A stretch of DNA of 64,000 bases, taken from NCBI GenBank assembly GCA_050944155.1, contig JBMNQN010000004.1, positions 38,163 to 102,162 of the forward strand, in the 5' to 3' direction. Shown in pieces: positions 28,724-37,832 of this stretch (position 1 is its first letter; each line of letters begins with the position of its first letter). The stretch comes from Candidatus Methanomethylophilaceae archaeon (GTDB lineage Archaea; Thermoplasmatota; Thermoplasmata; Methanomassiliicoccales; Methanomethylophilaceae). The notes under the pieces are model-generated. The model searched no databases, was not told the DNA's origin, and saw only the letters and a program-made list of their open reading frames with translations. Position numbers and translations under genes: made by a program.

Positions 28724-28942
28724 ATGGCAATGGAAAAAATCAGTTTTGAAAAAGCTCAGGCTATAGCCAGAGTCAAAGGACTTCAGCCCGGAAAAGTCAA
28801 GGGCACCGAAGGAGTACAGTTCACCAAGGGAAACAACGACCGCCTTTCGGTTATATCCTGGGACGAATTCGCGTCGGCTCTCGATGCGAGGAATCTCGCA
28901 ATATACGAATCCGGCGGCTGGATGAAAATAATGAAGGCTTAA
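28724..28942 (+). CDS. Small hypothetical protein (72 aa)
   Basis: Stand-alone ORF with upstream AT-rich promoter; ISWDEF...NLAIYE motif. Confidence 0.8.
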   Translation: MAMEKISFEKAQAIARVKGLQPGKVKGTEGVQFTKGNNDRLSVISWDEFASALDARNLAIYESGGWMKIMKA

Positions 28943-29018
28943 ACTCCTTTGCCGGTTCATTCCGGCATTGCTTTTCCATCACACTTTTTATAGAACTAAG
29001 TGTTCCCGTGCTTGGAAC

Positions 29019-29106
29019 GCAGGGGTTGCCGAGCTTGGCCAAAGGCGATAGATTCAGGGTCTATTCGCGCAGGCGTTCGTGGGTTCGAATCCCATCCCCT
29101 GCACCA
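29019..29106 (+). tRNA. tRNA-Leu(CAG)
   Basis: GCAGGGG/CCCCTGC acceptor stem, ATAGA-TTCAGGG-TCTAT, long variable arm, CCA. Confidence 0.96.
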
Positions 29107-29142
29107 CCTTTTGCATTATTCCGAGCTCTCCGTTTCGCATTT

Positions 29143-29415
29143 TCACCCTATGAACCAGGAAACGGCGGCTCCCGCGGCACTAAGAACAATCAAAAGCATG
29201 GCGACGGCTGCCCATTTGTAGTCCTTTTCTAAAAATAAAATCGTCATCGAAACGGCGACCCCCGCCATGGGGGACGCTATGAGTACAAGAACCCCGACCC
29301 AAAGTACGGAATCTCCGAATCCCGTCGCGGCGAATATCAGTCCGGCGACGATGAGGGCGATACCCGTGATACCGCCGTACCACAGCATCTTGGCAGTGGA
29401 ATCGTTAAGATTCAC
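29143..29415 (-). CDS. DUF1634-like small membrane protein
   Basis: 3 TM, GVLVLIASP..V motif, EKDYK; GTGA overlap with the TSUP gene. Confidence 0.75.
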   Translation of the reverse strand: MNLNDSTAKMLWYGGITGIALIVAGLIFAATGFGDSVLWVGVLVLIASPMAGVAVSMTILFLEKDYKWAAVAMLLIVLSAAGAAVSWFIG

Positions 29416-30233
29416 ATGAATCCCCCCGCTCTCAGCAGAATAATGGCCGAAATGAAGAAAAGAAGAACCGAGAAGTATTTTCTCAGATGCCTGCTGTTGG
29501 TTTTCGCGGACAGTACCGTTCCGATCATGGATCCCAAAAATCCTCCGGCGGAAACCGCTCCCGCAAAATGGAGATCCAGGGCTCCGGTGACGAAGAAAAT
29601 GATCGCTCCCGCAAAGGCGGTTATTCCGATCATGTAGTTGCTCGTGGCAGTCGCGGCCCTCATGGGGATGTGCATGTGGAGATTCATTATGGGAACCTTT
29701 ATGCTTCCTCCGCCTACGCCGGTCATGGACGAGACCAATCCCGCCAGGGTGCACATGGCGGCGCCGCTCCTCATATTCTGGACTTCGTAGCCGATTTCTT
29801 TCTTTTCGTTTTCGTCGTAATACGAAAATGCGTGTTCGACCGACGCATCTTCGGGTTCGATTATGCGTTCCGGATTGAGTATCATGCGTATGCCGCTGTA
29901 AATCAGGACTATAGAGAAGATCACCAGAAGAACCGTATCTCCGAGATATCCTGCGATAATCGCACCTATTACCGCCCCTGCTACGGTCGTTGTTTCCAGA
30001 TAAAGACCCAGCCTTATGTTGGAAAGACGTTTGCGCACAAATACGGAAGACGCTCCCACCGAGGTTGCGACGATTCCCACAAGACTGACGGCGGCGGCGT
30101 CTCTCGCTCCCATTCCGAAAAATATCGTAAGTATGGGCACTATAATCATGCCGCCTCCGATGCCGAACAGAGCTCCCAGGATTCCGGCGAGAGCTCCCGT
30201 GAGAACCAGAGACAGGATAAGAATCGGATCCAC
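29412..30233 (-). CDS. TSUP (TauE/SafE) family transporter
   Basis: Repeated GALFGIGGGMIIVP and SMTGVGGGSIKVP motifs, AATATS. Confidence 0.92.
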   Translation of the reverse strand: MDPILILSLVLTGALAGILGALFGIGGGMIIVPILTIFFGMGARDAAAVSLVGIVATSVGASSVFVRKRLSNIRLGLYLETTTVAGAVIGAIIAGYLGDTVLLVIFSIVLIYSGIRMILNPERIIEPEDASVEHAFSYYDENEKKEIGYEVQNMRSGAAMCTLAGLVSSMTGVGGGSIKVPIMNLHMHIPMRAATATSNYMIGITAFAGAIIFFVTGALDLHFAGAVSAGGFLGSMIGTVLSAKTNSRHLRKYFSVLLFFISAIILLRAGGFM

Positions 30234-30298
30234 GTTTTCCTGATTGGCGGAATTATATTAATCCTGTCGGTCCGCGGATAAAAAGGATTATTACCGAA

Positions 30299-31165
30299 GT
30301 GTCCGTAAAGTCCGATGTGTCCGTCATAATAGTCAGATACTCGGAAATCGGTCTCAAAAGCCTGCCCGTGAGGGTAAGATTCGAAAATCAGCTGAAAGAT
30401 GCGATGCTGTCGATGCTGGCCGCGGACGGTGCGGAAGCCATAGTCGAAAAAGGCGACGCGCGGTTTTACGTAAAAAGTTCGGACACGGAAAAAGCCGTAA
30501 AATCTCTCAGAAAGGTTTTCGGCATAGGTTCTCTGTCGGTTGCGGAAGTCGTCACCTCCGCCATGGAAGACATATGCGCTTCCGCCGCCGCCTACTCGGA
30601 AGGAAAGCTGTCCGAAGGGGAGACGTTCGCCGTCAGGGCAAAAAGGGAAGGAAGCCACCCTTACAAAAGCACGGACGTGGGGCGGGAAGCGGGCTCGGCG
30701 ATTTTCGAAAGAAACGAACATCTGGGTATTAAGGTTGATCTGACGTCTCCCGATAAAATATTCTATATCGAGGTCAGGGAAAACAAGGCGTATATTTTCG
30801 ACAGTTACGTACGATGCCATGCGGGTCTTCCCGTGGGAACCCAGGGAAGGGCGGTGGCCGTATTGGGAAACGACCGTTCGTCTTTATCTGCCTGGCTCAT
30901 GATGAAAAGAGGCTGCAGAATATTTGCCAGAGGCACGGATACCGCAGGCATTCTGAAACATTACGACCCGGATATGAAATTCATAGAGGAGGGGGCGGAC
31001 GAACCTGGCGGCGTCATGGGATATGTTCTCGGAACGGATCTTAAGGGAATCGAAAACGTAAACGTCGCGGATTATCCCGCTCCCGTGTATTTCCCCACGG
31101 CAACCCTGACGGATGCGGAAGTTGCGGAAAAAATCGAAGAACTGAAAAAAGAATGTAAAATGTAA
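30299..31165 (+). CDS. ThiI-like THUMP-domain protein lacking the PP-loop
   Basis: IVRYSEIGLKS, VFGI, TFAVRAKR, VDLTSPD, GLPVGTQG, WLMMKRG; SGGIDS absent; only 288 aa. Confidence 0.85.
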   Translation: MSVKSDVSVIIVRYSEIGLKSLPVRVRFENQLKDAMLSMLAADGAEAIVEKGDARFYVKSSDTEKAVKSLRKVFGIGSLSVAEVVTSAMEDICASAAAYSEGKLSEGETFAVRAKREGSHPYKSTDVGREAGSAIFERNEHLGIKVDLTSPDKIFYIEVRENKAYIFDSYVRCHAGLPVGTQGRAVAVLGNDRSSLSAWLMMKRGCRIFARGTDTAGILKHYDPDMKFIEEGADEPGGVMGYVLGTDLKGIENVNVADYPAPVYFPTATLTDAEVAEKIEELKKECKM

Positions 31166-31190
31166 AAGGTTTGAAAACGGAAAAACCGTT

Positions 31191-31850
31191 TTATTTCTTG
31201 TACTGGCGGGCCAGCTTCTTCTTTTTGCTGTTGCTGGTCTTATTGGCCCTGACGGAAGGTCTGGCATTCTCTGCGCCGGTACCGGTGTGTCTCATTCCGC
31301 GGCCTTTCTGGCCGGCGGAAGTCTTTCCGCGGTAGACACGGTTGGTGTTGTTGCTTTCGCAGATCCAGTTGATCTTCTTGTCGGCCTTTATGACCGGGTG
31401 CGCCGGATCCACGAGGATGACTTCGTACCATTCCCTCTGTCCGTCGGCTCCGACCCAGTAGGAGTTCAGAACTTCCATATTCGGGTATCTTTTAGCGGTT
31501 CTCTCTTCGGCGATGCTCTGAAGGCTCTTGCCGACGGTCATCCTGTTCATACCCTTTCTTTTGGCCCTTCTTCCGCCTTTAATAGTTCTTTTTCCGAAGT
31601 TCCCTTTTCTGACTCTGGCTCTTACAACCGTGTAGCCAGGCTTCGCTTTGTATCCGAGGGCTCTGGCCCTGTCCAGACGGGTGGGTCTTTCGATTCTGAT
31701 GAAGTTTTCTTCCTTTCTCCACTGAATCTTTCTTTCGTAGTTAAGCTGCTTGACGTAAGATTTCTCGGGCGTGTTCCAAGCATCGGCTATGTAGCTGTAC
31801 ATGCTCTTTCCGTTGACCGGGCGTACTTCTTCCTGAGTAGTTTCGCTCAT
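31191..31850 (-). CDS. rpl15e: 50S ribosomal protein L15e
   Basis: RIERPTRLDRARALGYKAK, EVLNSYWV, YEVILVDPAHP, RGKTSAG. Confidence 0.98.
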   Translation of the reverse strand: MSETTQEEVRPVNGKSMYSYIADAWNTPEKSYVKQLNYERKIQWRKEENFIRIERPTRLDRARALGYKAKPGYTVVRARVRKGNFGKRTIKGGRRAKRKGMNRMTVGKSLQSIAEERTAKRYPNMEVLNSYWVGADGQREWYEVILVDPAHPVIKADKKINWICESNNTNRVYRGKTSAGQKGRGMRHTGTGAENARPSVRANKTSNSKKKKLARQYKK

Positions 31851-31861
31851 GTGTATCACCA

Positions 31862-31915
31862 TTTCGGATTCACCTTTCGGGCACATCTCCGCGGAACCTT
31901 AGTTCCGTAGGGTTG
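31862..31915 (-). promoter_or_regulatory. Structured 5' leader, probably an eL15-Euryarchaeota ribosomal leader
   Basis: Minus strand CGGAAC-taag-GTTCCG hairpin, then GGAGATGTGCCCGAAAGGTGAATCC, just upstream of the rpl15e SD. Confidence 0.65.
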
Positions 31916-32005
31916 TGATTATTAAGGACTATTTAACGATGACCTTCGAAAGCGTACGTGATACACGCGTATACGCGTAATACGGCGGAGAATTAATAAC
32001 CCGCC

Positions 32006-32212
32006 GTGCGATGTACGGCCGTGTCCAAATGCAGAGATTGCGGAGCCGAGCTCACTGACAGCCTTGCGTACTGCAACAGATGCGGAGCAGATCAGAGAAT
32101 CCCGCCCGCTCCCGCGGAGAAAAACAAAGAATCGTTTCTGGTACCCGCAGCCGTGGCAATCGTTTCGATAATCATTGCGACGGCAACGATTCTGTACCTT
32201 TTCCTGGTCTGA
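32006..32212 (+). CDS. Zinc-ribbon protein with C-terminal TM anchor
   Basis: CRDCG..CNRCG plus a hydrophobic C-terminus. Confidence 0.75.
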   Translation: MRCTAVSKCRDCGAELTDSLAYCNRCGADQRIPPAPAEKNKESFLVPAAVAIVSIIIATATILYLFLV

Positions 32213-32219
32213 AAGGGAA

Positions 32220-34622
32220 TCAGAAGAAATCTTTCAGACTGGTGGTTTTGGTGCCGGAATTCCTGGGTTTCGGCTTTTCTTTCGGTTTGGTTTCGGTTTT
32301 CGCACTCAGATCGATATCCAGAAGAGTGGACTGCTGACTTCCCAGCATGAGGTCTTTTTCCGTCCAGCCGAACACTTCAGTGATTCTTGATGCGGTATGT
32401 GCCAGACGTTCTGCGTAATAGCGGTAGTCGGGCTTATGCGTGAATTCTTTTCCGCTTACGTAGGGTTCCACCCGCTGGGGTACCGCATCTCCGTCGGTAA
32501 CTATCCACGAGACCTTGGCTCCCGGTATGAATTCGTAACCCAGGTCGACAAGTTTTTTGGCAGCCTGTACGTTGGCCATCCTCTCCGGGTTGGCATACGC
32601 GTTGATGCCCTTGCATGTACGGGATATCACGAGTTCTTCGGCGGAAACCCTGCCCGCCATGGTGTCCTGTATGGTTTTTCTCACCATGGCGACCGCACCT
32701 TCGTTGTCCTCGTCCAGAATCTTTTCGAACAGATTTTCGAGAAGCCTGCTCTGAAGATCGAAGGAATCCGAACGCCGTATTTCGTATCCCCTCACCAGAA
32801 GTTCGTCCTCTTCCTCGGGCCAAATTACTCTGCCCACGTATCTTTTCTTTTTGCCGTGGGAAAATAAAGGCTCCATAAGTTTCTCGAATTCGAGTCTCCG
32901 GCCTTCTTCCGAAAAACGGTCCGCCATGGATTTGCCGAATTTCACGGCGCCTTCTTTGCTGTGTTCCGGAGATCCTATGAAAACAGAGTCCGTGTCCGAA
33001 TAGATGACTTCTATTTTTTCCGATTCCAAATCCCGTATTATGCTTTTGACGCTGTCTCTGGCGAAAGAAGTGATGGCTCCGCCTATGTTTTTGTTGGTGA
33101 AACGGTAGAACGAGGAGGCGAACACGCCGTAAAACGTGTTCATCAGTATCTTGACGGCGGCCTGCAGGCCGTCCAGATAATGCGCTTCGTCGGGGTCGGA
33201 CGTCTTTTTCATGGAAGCTTTGATACTGTCTCTGTAATCCATCAGGTCCGACAGAATCTCCGGAAGAAGTCCTGCCCTGCGTTCCTTGGACATGAATCTG
33301 GCTCCGGAGGGGCTTATTATCTCGCCGTCGTTGGAAAGAGTCGTGAAACAGATGTTGTTGGAAATAATCAGGGACGGATACATGGATTTGAAGTCCAGAA
33401 CCACCACCCAATGGTAAAGACCGGGATTCATGGTGTGAACATATCCACCTTCTATCTGTTCGGAATCCGAACGTCTTCCCCCCATCATGGGAACGGCAAT
33501 CCCTTTCCGGTCTGCCGCTCTTATGAGCAGGGAATCGGCAAGTTGCGACGATCCGGAAGTGAGCACGTCTTCGGCCGGAAGTTTGGAAACCGCGGCAAGA
33601 TCCATCCCTTTTCTGATATTCTCGACCTTCAGTAAAATACGGAGTGCCAGTTCGGCGTCTTTCGTACAGTATTCCAGAACTTTTTCTCTGTTGTTCGTCC
33701 ACTCTTCGTCCATTTTCGAAGGGTCTACGTCTATCTTCCCTTCGCCGAGAAGCAGCATGGATACGGCGTTCAGAGTTTCCTGTTTGGGACGCAGTTCTCT
33801 TTTCGCGGCCCACCAGGCATCCACCACCAGACGCCCCTTTATGCGCCAGTATCTTTCGCCTATGGTTCTGGGCTGCCCCCCGTCCCTTCCCCAGGGCATG
33901 GCGTCGGCCATCTTGTTGACCTCGGCCCGTTCCTTGATTTTTTTGATATCGTAATTGTCTATGTTGTATCCGGTGATGACGTCGGGGTCCTCTTTTCTTA
34001 TCAGTTCCGAAAATTCCGTTATGATTTCCTTTTCGGAGCCCGTTATGGGTTCGCAGTAACGCCTGGTTCCCCCCTCGTCCGTCACGGCGCATATGCAGTA
34101 GATGAATTCGTGTTCGACGCTGTTTTCTATGTCGAAGGACAGTATTTTCAGAGGAGGCGTGAACGGATCTATGTTTTCGAAAGATTCCATTTCGACGGTA
34201 ATGTCCGTCGTATACTCGGCTTCGATCTCTTTTCCGGAGACTCTTATGCAGGCCCCCATGTCCGTGTCGTAAATGTACCTGTGGTGGAACGGAATGTCGG
34301 CGGCCAGAACGTCGAAGCCGTCTTTTCTCGCGGAGTTTCTGTATTCCGAAATCTTCCAGGGATTTTTCAGAGTGACTTTCAGAGTGTCCTGGAATTCCCC
34401 TTTGTGGAGCAGTTCCTTATGTTCGGTCGATACAACTTCGTCGTCGCCGTTCAGAGTTTTTTCCATAGCGGGCGTGGGCCTCACTATGTAATAGTACGGG
34501 CGGAATCCCTTTACCAAAACGGTTATGGATTTTCTTTCCCGGGTTTTGCCGAACAGTTCTATCACGGGTTCGTCGTCTTTTTGTGTATAGGACGCGGATA
34601 TTATTCGGAGTTCCCAGGACAT
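32220..34622 (-). CDS. polB: Family B DNA polymerase
   Basis: Exonuclease FDIE and GYNIDNYD; polymerase DFKSMYPS, KILMNTFYG, YSDTDS, KKRY. Confidence 0.97.
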   Translation of the reverse strand: MSWELRIISASYTQKDDEPVIELFGKTRERKSITVLVKGFRPYYYIVRPTPAMEKTLNGDDEVVSTEHKELLHKGEFQDTLKVTLKNPWKISEYRNSARKDGFDVLAADIPFHHRYIYDTDMGACIRVSGKEIEAEYTTDITVEMESFENIDPFTPPLKILSFDIENSVEHEFIYCICAVTDEGGTRRYCEPITGSEKEIITEFSELIRKEDPDVITGYNIDNYDIKKIKERAEVNKMADAMPWGRDGGQPRTIGERYWRIKGRLVVDAWWAAKRELRPKQETLNAVSMLLLGEGKIDVDPSKMDEEWTNNREKVLEYCTKDAELALRILLKVENIRKGMDLAAVSKLPAEDVLTSGSSQLADSLLIRAADRKGIAVPMMGGRRSDSEQIEGGYVHTMNPGLYHWVVVLDFKSMYPSLIISNNICFTTLSNDGEIISPSGARFMSKERRAGLLPEILSDLMDYRDSIKASMKKTSDPDEAHYLDGLQAAVKILMNTFYGVFASSFYRFTNKNIGGAITSFARDSVKSIIRDLESEKIEVIYSDTDSVFIGSPEHSKEGAVKFGKSMADRFSEEGRRLEFEKLMEPLFSHGKKKRYVGRVIWPEEEDELLVRGYEIRRSDSFDLQSRLLENLFEKILDEDNEGAVAMVRKTIQDTMAGRVSAEELVISRTCKGINAYANPERMANVQAAKKLVDLGYEFIPGAKVSWIVTDGDAVPQRVEPYVSGKEFTHKPDYRYYAERLAHTASRITEVFGWTEKDLMLGSQQSTLLDIDLSAKTETKPKEKPKPRNSGTKTTSLKDFF

Positions 34623-34626
34623 CGCT

Positions 34627-35811
34627 TCACCTGTTCGCAACGATTCTTATGACGTCTCCGTCCTGAAGCACATAGTCGGCCCCGACGGTCCGTTTGGTTT
34701 TGGCGTTCACGGCTCTGATGAATTTATCTCCCAAATCCGTATGAACTCTGTATGCCAGATCTTTCGCGGTGGAGCCCCTCGGGAGCAGGAATGCGTCCGG
34801 CAGAACCCGTCCGAAATGATCCGTGTATTTTCCTTCGTCTTCGACGGGATACACGGCTATAAGGTCCAAAAGCCCGAAAGCGGCGGTTTCCAGACATTTC
34901 TGCACGCCTGTACCTTCGAAAAGGGCCATCTTTTCGCTCATGTAATCCAGAGCCTTTTTCTGTGCCTCGTTCGTTTCCGCACCTTTGCGTTCGAAAGAGG
35001 GGTTTCCCGGAACGTATTCGATCATTCCCGCGGCCGCCGCCTTCTTAAGTGCCAGTTCGGTTTCCGCCATGGTGGGAACCGAGTTGGGTTCGCATTCCGA
35101 AATCTTCTTTATGTTCTCGGGGGGAGCGATGTCCGCCTTGTTCATGGATATCATCATGGGGCGGCTCAGTTCTCTTATCCTGGCACACAGTTTCATCAAT
35201 ATATCGTCGTCCCAAAGATTGGGATCGTCGGGAAGCCCCGTAAGTCTGACGGCGTCTTTGATCTGACCTTCGGTGACCTTGAGTCCCGCAAGCCTGTCCG
35301 CAAGAACCTCTTCGGGTTTCGTTCCCTGCATCTTTGCCTGTCTGGCTATTCTCGAAAGTCCGTTTTTGATTATTTCCGTCATCCAACGGTCTATTTCGGT
35401 TTTGAGAAACTCTATGTCTTCGGATGGATCGTGGCTTCCCAGCGGTACGGAGTTGCCTTCTATGTCGGTGGAACCGCTGGCGTCGATTACGTTTATGAGC
35501 GCATCCGCCTGGCGCAGGTCGTCCAGGAATTTATTACCCAGACCCTTTCCTTCCCACGCGTCGGGAACCAATCCCGCCACGTCGATGATATCCACGGGAA
35601 TCATGCGTATCCCGTCCGCGCATGCGGAATTGTGAGGAGTGCATTTCACTCCCAGTTCCTTGCAGGGGCAGGGAGATCTGACATATCCCACTCCTTTATT
35701 GGGTTCTATCGTGGTGAATGGGTAATTGGCGACTTCGGCAGACGCCATGGTTGCGGCGCTGAAGAACGTGGATTTTCCTACATTCGGTTTTCCGACTATT
35801 CCGATGAGCAT
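34627..35811 (-). CDS. Obg-family translation-associated GTPase (YchF-like) with TGS domain
   Basis: GKPNVGKST, YPFTTIEPN, DVAGLV, NKAD, C-terminal TGS domain. Confidence 0.93.
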   Translation of the reverse strand: MLIGIVGKPNVGKSTFFSAATMASAEVANYPFTTIEPNKGVGYVRSPCPCKELGVKCTPHNSACADGIRMIPVDIIDVAGLVPDAWEGKGLGNKFLDDLRQADALINVIDASGSTDIEGNSVPLGSHDPSEDIEFLKTEIDRWMTEIIKNGLSRIARQAKMQGTKPEEVLADRLAGLKVTEGQIKDAVRLTGLPDDPNLWDDDILMKLCARIRELSRPMMISMNKADIAPPENIKKISECEPNSVPTMAETELALKKAAAAGMIEYVPGNPSFERKGAETNEAQKKALDYMSEKMALFEGTGVQKCLETAAFGLLDLIAVYPVEDEGKYTDHFGRVLPDAFLLPRGSTAKDLAYRVHTDLGDKFIRAVNAKTKRTVGADYVLQDGDVIRIVANR

Positions 35812-35839
35812 CGTATCGCATCCCTATAGATGAATCAGG

Positions 35840-36622
35840 TTATACCTTTACCGAACGGGATACCGCATCGGACAGTTCCGCTATTTCCGCCGGAGAGAGC
35901 ATTTCGATTCTGGAATCGGCATACGGGAGATTCTCCGTATTTTTTATTATACCCGAGTTTCTGAGGGCGGTTCCTATCTTTTTACGTCTTTGGGCGAAAC
36001 ATACGTCCACAATTTTCGAAAAAAGTTCGGCATCGTTCAGTTCGAAGGGAGCTGGACGCGGTTCAATCACGACGACCGAAGAATCCACCTTCGGGCGGGG
36101 GTCGAAGCGGGAGGCAGGTACGTTTTCGATAACCCTGCATTCCGCCTTGGTAAAAAGATTGACCGTAAGACGGGAATAATCTTTGGAGCCGGGTTCGGCA
36201 ACCATGCGGTCGGCAAACTCTTTCTGAACCATCACCACGGCTCTTTCGAAGTTATGTGCCAGAAGTTTGAATATTACGGGAGTGGAAACGCTGTACGGCA
36301 GGTTGCTGACGAACACGTCGAATTCGGGCCATTCCACTTTAAGGGCGTCGCCTCTGATCAGAGTGACGGAATCTCCGAATTTTTTTTCCGTGTAATCCGC
36401 CAGAATCGGATCGATTTCGATGCAGAAAACCCGTCCGCCTGTTTCTACTAAACGTTCCGTAAGTATTCCGAATCCGGGGCCGATTTCAAGAATCCTGTCG
36501 TTTTCTTTTATTTCGGCAGCGGAAATCTGACGGTCCGCCACTCCTTCGTCCTTTAAAAAATTCTGACCTCTGCTCTTTTTCGGAATCAGTCCCGTACCGT
36601 CGATCGGGCGTCCGGCGGTCAT
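35840..36622 (-). CDS. ksgA: 16S rRNA dimethyladenosine transferase
   Basis: GQNFL, LEIGPG.G.LT, SNLPY, PRPKVDS. Confidence 0.97.
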   Translation of the reverse strand: MTAGRPIDGTGLIPKKSRGQNFLKDEGVADRQISAAEIKENDRILEIGPGFGILTERLVETGGRVFCIEIDPILADYTEKKFGDSVTLIRGDALKVEWPEFDVFVSNLPYSVSTPVIFKLLAHNFERAVVMVQKEFADRMVAEPGSKDYSRLTVNLFTKAECRVIENVPASRFDPRPKVDSSVVVIEPRPAPFELNDAELFSKIVDVCFAQRRKKIGTALRNSGIIKNTENLPYADSRIEMLSPAEIAELSDAVSRSVKV

Positions 36623-37185
36623 TTCGAAACGAAGATATAGCGCTTCATGTCGTTTTCGGAAATTTCCTGAACTATGCGCGCGACTATGAGTTTATCCGGA
36701 TTCTTTACCACGGGGACTCTGGCGGCCAGGTCGTCGAAATCTTTGAAAGGTTCCTTTTCCCGTTCTTTCAGGATGGCTTCCATGCTCTTTTTGCCCAGTC
36801 CGGGAAGTTCTTCCAGAAGGTGTTTGCGCATGGAAATGGGCCCGGCGTTGTTGAAAAAGCGTATGAACTTTACGGGATCGGCGGAAACGATATCGGCAAC
36901 CGCATATTCGAGTTCCGACTGTGCGGTGCTCGTAAGCTCGCCGTATCCGACGCGTCTTTTCAGATGGTCAATCTGTACGCGTTTGGAGGAATCCTTTCCG
37001 ATGTAGAGGCGGTCGCCCATTACGATTTTCGCGCCCGGCTTGGGAACGAGTTCGAAAAGCTTGAATTCCTCTTCGCCCACGGCAAAGCATGTCGGCTCTT
37101 TCTTCGAGAAACCGCCGCCCGGTATTCCCTGGGGCAGATAGTCTATGACCCGTACATACTCTTCCATAGCCATTTGTAATCCCAC
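36619..37185 (-). CDS. DUF655 family putative RNA-binding protein
   Basis: FFNNAGPISMRKHLLEELPGLGKK; conserved rpl21e-rpo4-DUF655-ksgA order. Confidence 0.92.
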   Translation of the reverse strand: MGLQMAMEEYVRVIDYLPQGIPGGGFSKKEPTCFAVGEEEFKLFELVPKPGAKIVMGDRLYIGKDSSKRVQIDHLKRRVGYGELTSTAQSELEYAVADIVSADPVKFIRFFNNAGPISMRKHLLEELPGLGKKSMEAILKEREKEPFKDFDDLAARVPVVKNPDKLIVARIVQEISENDMKRYIFVSK

Positions 37186-37196
37186 CCGATACCAGT

Positions 37197-37514
37197 TTAC
37201 AGGTATTTAGCGACTGTTGTAAGAATCCTGTCGGTGGTTTCGCTGTCGAGAGTGATTCTTTCTTTGGAGAAAATCACGCGGACGTCGACCGGGTATTTTG
37301 GAAGAATGTCTGCGATTTTTATCGCTATGAAATCGGTTACCGATTCTATGCCTTTCAGCTCTTCTACCAGGGCTTTGGCGTCTTCGGCGGACAGGCGGCT
37401 TACAGTCTGGGCGTGTTCCATAGTGGCATTCTGGACTGCCAGGAGTCCTCTCTTCTCTTTTTCCGCAGTCATAATGTCTCTGACTTCGGCCAAACTTACG
37501 TACTGCTCAGACAT
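37197..37514 (-). CDS. rpo4: RNA polymerase subunit Rpo4 (F)
   Basis: YVSLAEV, AIKIADILP motifs; synteny. Confidence 0.92.
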   Translation of the reverse strand: MSEQYVSLAEVRDIMTAEKEKRGLLAVQNATMEHAQTVSRLSAEDAKALVEELKGIESVTDFIAIKIADILPKYPVDVRVIFSKERITLDSETTDRILTTVAKYL

Positions 37515-37529
37515 TTTCGCACCTTCCGC

Positions 37530-37832
37530 TCACTGCACGTTCCTTACGAGGTGTTCGGGACGGGCCACGACCGTTTTGGTCTTGTTGCCGCTTTTTACGC
37601 TTACTTCGTAAGCCGCGCCTCTGGGGCCTATGACCACTCCGGTCAGACCGTGAAACCTCGAGAACGGCATTCCCTTGTGCACGCTGGGGTCGATCACTAT
37701 GTTGACTTTTTCTCCGGACTCGAAAGTCTGGAAGCTTTTTGTGATCGGCGAAAGACCGCGGGCTCTCGCTCTCTTCTTCAGAACGTTGCGGGTCTTTGTC
37801 CTTGTTCCTTTGGATGCCTTCATCTCACTCAA
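37530..37832 (-). CDS. rpl21e: 50S ribosomal protein L21e
   Basis: IDPSVHKGMPFSRFHGLTG, RPEHL. Confidence 0.98.
   Translation of the reverse strand: MSEMKASKGTRTKTRNVLKKRARARGLSPITKSFQTFESGEKVNIVIDPSVHKGMPFSRFHGLTGVVIGPRGAAYEVSVKSGNKTKTVVARPEHLVRNVQ

Noticed and set aside
32434-34092. 552-aa Arg-rich alternative-frame ORF inside polB
   Set aside because: Off-frame artefact with R/G/Q-rich composition
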